From positions 732-64,731 of the forward strand of contig DVMV01000015.1 in the NCBI GenBank assembly GCA_018714785.1: DNA of 64,000 nucleotides, given 5' to 3'. The translations under genes and the position numbers were made by a program. Each line of letters opens with the position of its first letter. Position 1 is the first letter of the stretch. Source of the DNA: Candidatus Alloenteromonas pullicola. GTDB taxonomy: Bacteria; Bacillota_I; Bacilli_A; RFN20; CAG-826. The notes beneath the pieces are model-generated. The model saw only the letters and a program-made list of their open reading frames with translations. It was not told where the DNA came from and did no database searches. Positions 49,301 through 56,049 of this stretch are shown piece by piece.

Positions 49301-49741
49301 GCTCACGGAGAAATATAGGTTATCGTCCAAGAGATCTACATTCAGACCGCGGGATTTGCCGTTGTAGTTAACCGGGGCATCGAGGCTAAGGTCTATTCCG
49401 TGCAGGGAAAGCGAGGAAATGGCCAAAGCGACCCTGCCGCCATTCAGGCTGAGGCGGTTGGTGGATTTTTCGCCGTTGCCGGAAAAGACCACCTCCGCTT
49501 TGTCTAGGTTGAGTTCCAGACCGCTGCCCATAACCTTGTTGACTAGATTGTTTATCAAGGTGTCCTTGTGGGATGGAGCCTGAACATCGGGCAACGACCC
49601 ATCGCCGTTTTGCCCCTCGCCGTTTTCCACGACGGTTGTTACCTTTGCTGGGACCAGAAGGTAGGTGGCAGCGCAGGTGAAGGCGAACAGCGATGAGAAC
49701 AAAATCGAAGTTCCCAATAGGGTTTTGCTGGGTTTTTTCAT
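46304..49741 (-). CDS. Giant N-terminally anchored or secreted protein (1145 aa), paralog of the downstream gene; function unknown
   Basis: It has an N-terminal hydrophobic segment (LLGTSILFSSLFAFTCAATYLLV) and shares sequence blocks with 42977..46300 along its whole length. Only 3 nt separate it from the next gene. Confidence 0.8.
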   Translation of the reverse strand: MKKPSKTLLGTSILFSSLFAFTCAATYLLVPAKVTTVVENGEGQNGDGSLPDVQAPSHKDTLINNLVNKVMGSGLELNLDKAEVVFSGNGEKSTNRLSLNGGRVALAISSLSLHGIDLSLDAPVNYNGKSRGLNVDLLDDNLYFSVSNLDDLDGSSYDLKYKVSTASYDLDLDQDGEPDIDETTGGILQYEYGQLDWAIDDILTILTDGDIEIPFPSISSAIGGSGSSSSSSIDTDAILSSMDEMQETTLDGMPYFLWDLQIGELNLPIGLKADSSYSLVGIDLPYKNDQGIQSPLEIKEGIEVELSASIAGGEDAIDWSLPYPETSYKSLVNSMGIFEGIAGLVANPQFGLDLDLTLLRHEEAIPASETVIGKDEINEKVRLTLGAQVDMPKRSLRGIGAEFKVYVNDEPEPSQYLSANLLNDGDGNEAFVNLNNVLKAKTDKPTTDAIFGMISDGMSSTSDGQVMSKQADAMSSAVSAVANYLQGNLITGIQEGHYEAALDILKTLRNEDNLILAGLDLSPLGIEGEVSLTLDGNDGNSLLSIEFSNVKLSTFTLNGELKTVSFSSPSLTDEEKGSYDTMTHLMGVVDQIGEIANSKSATLSLTGSLLDEQGLDIAGEPSGISFSGKIGFSIAKGQAGVSINMLERNKDFRNSHTIKADLLSSDSAEETAYLSYSSGNGAIDQENNPYNLTNPIDEDGINVKMPLSAFAPTIDSLLGLTKTDDRLACLFNGLSGTTATGLLGSISSGKYFDLLKLHVIESASLEGDTNVFVASGKSFGLDGKLTIRVDYLPNPEEGFKSMTIEGSMLGKRLSLTIGLQKTYADAEDLSAIDSHDSFTDVSSIGLIGSHLIDTMTLGAANHQGVSTFALSASVDLELGKYSFNALKVEANIQVQGAKTQVYVHLDNLPVIKGINGPEDTHYFRPQEYEGSRDVAFYYYADGFNPSGEVLMTRDSSYGRIRNVKDSVRLSGEEFRADAASWILKYLIGVEESFFNGASATTKSSTTAKAVHLEDILASYKDLSQAGAPAIEIGINLGNALGVSFLTEAKVGIKGTTAVDSASNSFKAIEQLYASVGIALSGELEVCSATISINLDNVKDGVYADGFAKAKSIYESNFISGEGEDVSSALEGHNYPKGTKAGNLYL

Positions 49742-49752
49742 ACCGATCTCCT

Positions 49753-50760
49753 TTATTCGGCGTAGGCGCTATAGTCTATTTTTTCGTCGAGGGATGGTAT
49801 TTGCCGGTCCTCGTCGATGTAGTGGGTGGTTAATCGACCTTCGCAGTTGGCGGAAATGGAAATGCCCATGCTCATCTTGGCTTCGTATTTCTCGTGGCTG
49901 ACCATCTTGATCGGCAGCAGGTCGGAATCAAGGACGAAGCTGAGGTGGCAATAGGCGAAATTGGGGTAGGCGGTAAGCCCGGAAATGGACTTCATCTGCT
50001 TTTGGTAGTTGGCGACTCCGGGCATATACTCGCTTCCGTCGGATTTGGAGATCTTCTTAAGCTCGATATCGACCGTGTAGGTCCCATCTTCATTTTGCTT
50101 GGCCAAGGTTCCGCCGTCCCCCGACAGGGATGTTTCCGAATCGGCGACCGTGGTAGGCGAAACGATGTAAGTCAAAGGATCTGATACGGTGCGCCCCATC
50201 ATCTCGGCATATTGCTCATTGGTCATTTCTTCCTGAGGGTGGCTGGAATAATCGGAGTTCGACCCAAAATAAGTGGTGGTGGTGTTCCCTTCCTCATACA
50301 TCCGGTTGTAGATCTTGACGAAAGAGCTGATGGAATTGGATTCCTCAAAGTACTTGTCGCCGTTTTTTACCGTGCAGGACTGGATGACTTGGTCAACGAC
50401 GCCCATGGCCTTTGAGCTTCCGATGCCGATGGTGTAGGTGTTCTCCTGCTGTTCGAAGAATGAATAGGCGAGATTGACCATCTGGTCCGGCGAGAGGACT
50501 TCGGAAAAAGGCTTTCCGTCTTCCTTGGCGGCGTTGTATGTGGCCAAGGCCTGCTTCATATAGGCCTCATCGACCTCGAACGAAGAGCCGTTGGTGACGG
50601 TCTGGATGATTGGGTCCTTAAACGCCATGGCTCCGAGCAAGCCTGCCACGCATCCCATGCCGACGCAGGTGGCGGCGATAAGCGAATTCTTGAACCAGCC
50701 CCGTTTGTAGAACGGCTTGGCTTCGACTTCTGCGTTGATTTCCTGAGTTTTTGCTTTCAT
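49753..50760 (-). CDS. N-terminally anchored extracytoplasmic protein (335 aa), first gene of the giant-protein operon
   Basis: GGAGA lies 6 nt before the ATG. A TM helix (SLIAATCVGMGCVAGLLGAMAF) is followed by a soluble domain with no recognised motif. Confidence 0.7.
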   Translation of the reverse strand: MKAKTQEINAEVEAKPFYKRGWFKNSLIAATCVGMGCVAGLLGAMAFKDPIIQTVTNGSSFEVDEAYMKQALATYNAAKEDGKPFSEVLSPDQMVNLAYSFFEQQENTYTIGIGSSKAMGVVDQVIQSCTVKNGDKYFEESNSISSFVKIYNRMYEEGNTTTTYFGSNSDYSSHPQEEMTNEQYAEMMGRTVSDPLTYIVSPTTVADSETSLSGDGGTLAKQNEDGTYTVDIELKKISKSDGSEYMPGVANYQKQMKSISGLTAYPNFAYCHLSFVLDSDLLPIKMVSHEKYEAKMSMGISISANCEGRLTTHYIDEDRQIPSLDEKIDYSAYAE

Positions 50761-50775
50761 CTATTTCTCCGAGTG

Positions 50776-50791
50776 CCATTCTATAGAATGG
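50776..50791. promoter_or_regulatory. Perfect 16-bp palindrome directly upstream of the giant-protein operon RBS
   Basis: CCATTCTATAGAATGG lies 15 nt from the ATG at 50760, inside a 206-bp AT-rich intergenic region. Confidence 0.35.
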
Positions 50792-50966
50792 AGTTCAAGA
50801 GTCACTCTATTTCGTAATTTCCAAACCGAAGAGAGCGATTCTCTAATTTGGAGAATTGCAAAAACTATCGATAAAAACGGTACTATTCCTGATGTAAACC
50901 TATGAAAGAGAATATGAAAACAAAGAAAACCAATCACCTAGTTAAATAAACTAGGTCAAAAAAAAC

Positions 50967-51551
50967 TTACTTTTTCCTCTTGGCCAAGATCATATATTCG
51001 TCTTTCGAATCAACGGTCTCCACGACGCGGAAATATTGCAAATATTTTGCCGCTTCCTCGCGGGCCGGAGGCAGCTGCCGACTATATGAAGACATGTTCT
51101 TGTGGCAAGCGAAGACTTGCTCTCTCCCGATTGAATGCACTATGGCGAGGTGGCCGCCTTCGTTTAGCAGATCCCTAACCTTTGATATGAATCTGTCGAC
51201 TTCCATGAAGTGAGGATAGGCGTTATAGCATAGTATGAAGTCGTATTTGCCCTCATGGGCGTAGAAATCGCATACTTCGAAATCGGCCATTGCCGGGGAG
51301 AACTTCTTCCGCGCCAGCTCAATCATATTGGGAGAGATGTCGATGGCTTTGATAGGGCGCTTGCACATGCCATAGATATAGGGAACCGCCACCCCGGTGC
51401 CGCACCCTATGTCTAGGACGCCGTCGCCGTTTCCGATTGGCAACGATGTTAGTATCTCCCTAACGTGGGACGATGGTATTTCCTCGGCTTCATCCCAGCC
51501 CTTCGCCAATTTGTCGAATAGCTTGGCCATCGACTCAGGCGACGCGTTCAT
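50967..51551 (-). CDS. Class I SAM-dependent methyltransferase
   Basis: Motif I is VLDIGCGTGVAV. GGAGGAA lies 7 nt before the ATG at 51551. The gene overlaps the upstream binding-protein gene by 17 nt. Confidence 0.75.
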   Translation of the reverse strand: MNASPESMAKLFDKLAKGWDEAEEIPSSHVREILTSLPIGNGDGVLDIGCGTGVAVPYIYGMCKRPIKAIDISPNMIELARKKFSPAMADFEVCDFYAHEGKYDFILCYNAYPHFMEVDRFISKVRDLLNEGGHLAIVHSIGREQVFACHKNMSSYSRQLPPAREEAAKYLQYFRVVETVDSKDEYMILAKRKK

Positions 51552-52728
51552 TGAGGAATTCCTCCAGACTTGGCTCGACTTTGGCAAAACCGCCGTATAT
51601 GACGTCGGTGATATCGTCATCGCGATTTGGATTTGAATAGAAATCAACTCCCAGGAACATATTGGTTATTTCGTTGGCCTTTTGCGCCATATCGACGTTT
51701 TTATAGCGTTCAGGGAAGCAGACTTTCCCCGCAAAATAGGCATCAGCATAAGCGATTTCGAGATTGGTGTAGTAGGAGTTGTAGGGCATTTGCAGGTAAA
51801 CCTCCCCGTTTTTCACCGCACTGATCGATTCTATGACCTGCTTTGTCTCCGCGACCTGGTAATCGGCCTTAAGCATCTGCAGCCCTGAGGCATCGAGTAT
51901 TACCTTGTCCGGGCCATCGACCACCAGATCCTCAAGGTTAACGGATGGCTGATAGCCTACCAGCCCTTTTTCGTCTAGGTAGTTCTTCACGCCCGCCGCA
52001 TCGAATATCGAGTATTGGGCGCTCGATGACCCAAATGACTTCAGGCCGTAGTTAGCCTGGCAGGCTAGATACACCGACGGCTTGTCCTCAGCGGCGATGC
52101 CCTTTTGGCGGTTTTGGAGGTCTTGTTCCATCCCATTGATGTAATCGACCAGTTCCTCGGCTCTTTCCTCTTTGCCCAAGGCCTTCCCCAATATCTGTAT
52201 CGATTCGAGCAATTTCGGGTCGAACGCCTCGGTCTTTCCGTAGCTTACAGTCACCACTGGCACGTTGAGGTCCTCTGAAAGCTGATTCATCCCGGCGAGG
52301 TCGTTCTCATAAGCCGAGATGATAAGGTCTGGCCTGCAGGCGAATATTTCCTCCTCCTCGACCACTTGGGCCTTAGGGCCGCCGGTGCCGCAGCTGGGGA
52401 GATTCTGCCAGTAATGACCAAATACCTTTTGATAAGGCCTGATTGCATATGGCGAATTCAAATAGCCGAATTCCCCGCCTTCCCCTTGTTCGACCTCAAT
52501 CCTCTCGACCCCGCAAATCTTGGCTGGGTCGCCAACGTAAGAATATAGGCGCAACGCCCCTGCCCCGATGCAGACGATGCGTTCGGCCTTTCCGGGGGCG
52601 AGGCTGACTTCCCTTCCAATGGCATCGGTTATGGTGATGCTGCCAAGATCCGAACTGCTTCCGGCGTTTCCTCCGCAGGCGCATAGCAGCAGCGCCAACG
52701 GCAGCAAAGATAATGTGCTTTTGCTCAT
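51535..52728 (-). CDS. ABC uptake substrate-binding lipoprotein (iron-chelate/cobalamin type, cluster A)
   Basis: The lipobox is LALLLCAC. Typical blocks include ITITDAIGREVSL...ERIVCIGAGALRL and DLIISAYE. Confidence 0.8.
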   Translation of the reverse strand: MSKSTLSLLPLALLLCACGGNAGSSSDLGSITITDAIGREVSLAPGKAERIVCIGAGALRLYSYVGDPAKICGVERIEVEQGEGGEFGYLNSPYAIRPYQKVFGHYWQNLPSCGTGGPKAQVVEEEEIFACRPDLIISAYENDLAGMNQLSEDLNVPVVTVSYGKTEAFDPKLLESIQILGKALGKEERAEELVDYINGMEQDLQNRQKGIAAEDKPSVYLACQANYGLKSFGSSSAQYSIFDAAGVKNYLDEKGLVGYQPSVNLEDLVVDGPDKVILDASGLQMLKADYQVAETKQVIESISAVKNGEVYLQMPYNSYYTNLEIAYADAYFAGKVCFPERYKNVDMAQKANEITNMFLGVDFYSNPNRDDDITDVIYGGFAKVEPSLEEFLNERVA

Positions 52729-53495
52729 TTCCTATCCCCTTTTCTATATGAGACGAACAACTCATCGTCTTGTTTAATGAGGCTGATTGGAGTCTCGTAG
52801 GCTCTTTCCAGGTTCTCCTTGGTCAGAGTCTGCTTCCCTCCGCTGCAGATGAAGCTCTTTCGACACAGCAGGTGGAATTCATCGCCGATCGCGTGGGCGA
52901 GCTCGATGTCATGCAGGCTGACGAGAATCGCCTTCCCCATGTCTTTGAGCTTGCATATTAGATGGGCGACTTCCTTGCTTCCCTTGATGTCAAGCGAGGA
53001 GGTTGGCTCATCGAATATCACGACTTTGGCTTTGGTGGCGATGGCGCGGGCTATGGCGACTCTTTGCTTCTGCCCGCCGCTTAGCTTTGAGGCGTCCTTG
53101 AAGGCGAGGCCATCGATCCCCACATCCCTCAAGGCCTCAGCCGATATTTCGACGTCTTGTTTGGAATAGAAGGATCTGGCGTGCATTATCCGGCCGAGCA
53201 TCACCGCGTCCAAGACGGTGGTCGAAGGAAAGTAGATGGACTGGGGGACGTATGCGATTGATCGCGCAACGTCTGCCCTGCGGCATTTCCTTATATCCTT
53301 CCCAAATAGCGATACGGTTCCCGCGTCTGGCTTAAGCAGCCCGAGAAGAAGCTTTATGATCGTTGATTTGCCCGCCCCGTTTGGGCCCAGCAAAACGCTC
53401 ACCTTTCCTTCTTCCAGCCCGAGGGTTATCCCCTCGATCACGTTGCCTTCCTTTTTTGAATAGGCGAAGCTGACCCCGTCCATCCGCTCAATCAT
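52725..53495 (-). CDS. ABC uptake ATP-binding protein (FecE/FepC-like)
   Basis: I use the internal ATG at 53495, which overlaps the permease stop as ATGA. GPNGAGKST, LSGGQKQRVAIARA, VIFDEPTSSLD and SLHD are present. Confidence 0.88.
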   Translation of the reverse strand: MIERMDGVSFAYSKKEGNVIEGITLGLEEGKVSVLLGPNGAGKSTIIKLLLGLLKPDAGTVSLFGKDIRKCRRADVARSIAYVPQSIYFPSTTVLDAVMLGRIMHARSFYSKQDVEISAEALRDVGIDGLAFKDASKLSGGQKQRVAIARAIATKAKVVIFDEPTSSLDIKGSKEVAHLICKLKDMGKAILVSLHDIELAHAIGDEFHLLCRKSFICSGGKQTLTKENLERAYETPISLIKQDDELFVSYRKGDRK

Positions 53496-54556
53496 TTGGC
53501 GCGCCTCCCGTTTGTTAGGAGTATGTAGATGAATATCGGCGCCCCGATGATTGCCGTGATGGCCCCCACCGGAAGGTTGGTGCCGGGCATGATCACCCTC
53601 GAGGCGAGGTCGCATATTAGCAAAGAGGCCGATCCGACCAGGCCCGAGAATAACAGCATGAAGCGCGAGTCGCTGCCGAATATTCTTCTTACTACCTGGG
53701 GTATTACAAGGCCTATGAAGCCAATGATGCCGACGAATGATACCGAAACCGCCGTGACCAATGAGGCCAATGCCAGGCAGACGAACCTCACGGCGCCAGC
53801 CCGGACGCCCAAAGCCGAGGCCGTGTCGTCCCCTTCCTCGAGGGCGTTTAGGCTTCTGGAAAGGAAGAAGAACACGATCGTCGAGGCGCCGACCGCCGCG
53901 AGCATGATCCAGTCCTGCGAATATGTCGCCCTCCCTAGGTCGCCGAAAGTCCAGTAAACCGCCGAGGTTAGCGCGGTGTCGGAGGCGAAGTACTGCACCA
54001 TGTTCGTGCCGGCTTGAAACATCATCCCCAAAGCCACCCCGGATAGGGCGACGACCTCAGGGGAAAACTTCCTGATTTTGGATAAAGCCAAAACCGCCAT
54101 GATGCTTATTAGGGAGAAAACGAAGGCGATGCTGGTCACCGCATATGGGTTGGATATGCTTATCGCCCCGTTTCCCAGGCTGCCGGATTGAAGGAAAAGT
54201 ATCGCCAAGGTGGCGCCGAACGTCGCCGCCTCGCTGACCCCCAAAGTCGATGGCGACGCCATGGGGTTCTTGAGGCTAGACTGCATGACCGCTCCTGAAA
54301 CGCTTAGCCCGAAGCCGACGATGATGGCGGCCGCCACCCGCCGACCGCGGATGTTCCCGACCACGATGTTGGCTTCATACGATCCCTGCCCGAAGATGGC
54401 CAGGAACTCGTCGGCCCAGGAAAGGCCATGGGTGTCGACAAGAAGCGACAATAGGGCAAAAGCCAAAACCACGATGGCCATCGCCAAGGCCAGGATAAGG
54501 CGGTTTCGAATCCGCGTTTGGCGCTTTGCCAATATATCGTCCCTTGCCACGTCCAT
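53492..54556 (-). CDS. FecCD/BtuC-family ABC permease
   Basis: The 354-aa polytopic protein has typical FecCD blocks (ASPSTLGVSEAATFGA; GIIGFIGLVIPQVVR; GAITAIIGAPIFIYILL). Confidence 0.88.
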   Translation of the reverse strand: MDVARDDILAKRQTRIRNRLILALAMAIVVLAFALLSLLVDTHGLSWADEFLAIFGQGSYEANIVVGNIRGRRVAAAIIVGFGLSVSGAVMQSSLKNPMASPSTLGVSEAATFGATLAILFLQSGSLGNGAISISNPYAVTSIAFVFSLISIMAVLALSKIRKFSPEVVALSGVALGMMFQAGTNMVQYFASDTALTSAVYWTFGDLGRATYSQDWIMLAAVGASTIVFFFLSRSLNALEEGDDTASALGVRAGAVRFVCLALASLVTAVSVSFVGIIGFIGLVIPQVVRRIFGSDSRFMLLFSGLVGSASLLICDLASRVIMPGTNLPVGAITAIIGAPIFIYILLTNGRRAK

Positions 54557-54667
54557 GCCGGCTTATCATAAAGGCAGGCCTTCCGGCTTTTGAACATTTT
54601 TATCGCTTTTATCCGAAAATTTCCGGATTATACCGCACAGCAGTCCGATAACTGGTAATATAGGACC

Positions 54668-55234
54668 ATGGATAGCAGGAAAAAGAAGACCCGAAGCCTT
54701 GTTTACGATGCCTATAACCGGCTGCTGCAGCGCGATGGGTTCGAGGCCATAAACGCCAACGCCCTCATCAAGGAGGCGGGTATCGGCCGGTCGACTTTCT
54801 ACGACAACTTCCGCTCGACCCAAGACGTGTTGAAATCGATATGCAACAACCTTTGCGACCACGTGTTCTCGAAGGCGCACCAAAAGGAATTCGGCCACGA
54901 CTTCTCCGAAGCCTCCTCGGGTTATAGCCCGAACCAGGCGATGTCACATATCCTATACCATTTCCTGGAGGGGAAGCAGTTCCTTGAGCCATTGCTCAAA
55001 TCCGGCGGCTCGTCGATATTCGAGTCGGAGATGCGGGCTAGGCTGTTTCCGTTTTTCTTCGACCTAGCCGATACCAGCGAGTACTGCATCGAATCGGTTC
55101 CCAGAAAGATCACCGCGATCATGATGACCGAGTCCTTCCTCGCCCTGGCCAGGCATTGGGTGGACATGGGATGCATAGCCAAGCCGGAGCAGGTCGCCCA
55201 TTTCTTCATCAGGACCTTCAGGAAGAACAAATAG
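54668..55234 (+). CDS. TetR-family transcriptional regulator
   Basis: The N-terminal HTH is FEAINANALIKEAGIGRSTFYDNF. It is divergent from the ABC uptake operon. Confidence 0.8.
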   Translation: MDSRKKKTRSLVYDAYNRLLQRDGFEAINANALIKEAGIGRSTFYDNFRSTQDVLKSICNNLCDHVFSKAHQKEFGHDFSEASSGYSPNQAMSHILYHFLEGKQFLEPLLKSGGSSIFESEMRARLFPFFFDLADTSEYCIESVPRKITAIMMTESFLALARHWVDMGCIAKPEQVAHFFIRTFRKNK

Positions 55235-55365
55235 GCCGATTTGCCGTGCCCTTTGTTAATTAAACTTTCGACAAAATCGGCTCTTTTGTCCAATTAAAGC
55301 ATCATAGTTTTGTTAACTATCGCAGGCGGGCGTTATACAATATTTCGCGAAAGGACACATATTCA

Positions 55366-56040
55366 ATGGGTGATTTGAAAGTAATCCGCGTGAAGCAAAG
55401 CATTTTGTCGAACAACGACAATAGGGCTAACGATCTTCGCGCGGAGTTAAAGAAGAAAGGCATATTCCTGATCAACGTGATGTCTAGCCCCGGAAGCGGG
55501 AAGACCACGTTGCTGGTCAACCTGATCAACCGCCTTAAGGATAAGCTGAAGATCGGGGTTATGGAGGCCGACATCGACGCCGACGTTGATGCAAACACCG
55601 TCTCGAAGCAGACCGGGGTTAAGACCATTCAGCTCAACACAAGCGGCGAATGCCACCTCGACGCCAAGATGACGAGCGATGGAATCGACGGTCTGCAGCC
55701 CGATGGATTGGAGCTGCTGTTCCTGGAGAACATAGGAAATCTTGTTTGCCCCGCCGAATTCGACACCGGGGCGAACTTCAACCTCGTCATACTCTCGATT
55801 CCGGAAGGCGATGACAAGCCGATCAAATATCCGCTGATGTTCACCGTCGGCAACGCGTTCGTATTCACCAAGATCGATGCCTTGCCGCTATTCACCTTCG
55901 ACTTCGAGAAGGCCGAGGAAGCGATACTCCGCCACAACAAAGGGGCGGTGTTCTTCCCGGTTTCCGCCAAGACCAACGAGGGAATGGAAGCGCTGGCGGA
56001 CTACGTCTATAAGCTAGTTAAGGATTACCAAGCCAAATAA
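55366..56040 (+). CDS. hypB: HypB-type nickel-insertion GTPase
   Basis: The G1 motif is SSPGSGKTTL. ENIGNLVCPAEFD (the CH metal-binding motif region), EGDDKPIKYP and FTKIDA (NKxD-like G4) are present. There is no N-terminal His-rich or CxxCGC segment. Confidence 0.88.
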   Translation: MGDLKVIRVKQSILSNNDNRANDLRAELKKKGIFLINVMSSPGSGKTTLLVNLINRLKDKLKIGVMEADIDADVDANTVSKQTGVKTIQLNTSGECHLDAKMTSDGIDGLQPDGLELLFLENIGNLVCPAEFDTGANFNLVILSIPEGDDKPIKYPLMFTVGNAFVFTKIDALPLFTFDFEKAEEAILRHNKGAVFFPVSAKTNEGMEALADYVYKLVKDYQAK

Positions 56041-56049
56041 GGAGGGCAT

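Noticed and set aside
55253-55262. A 10-bp palindrome, GTTAATTAAC, downstream of the TetR gene, considered as a possible operator.
   Set aside because: It is short and AT-rich, lies after the regulator stop rather than in a promoter, and sits inside a possible long-loop terminator (GCCGATTT...AAATCGGC). Chance occurrence is plausible.
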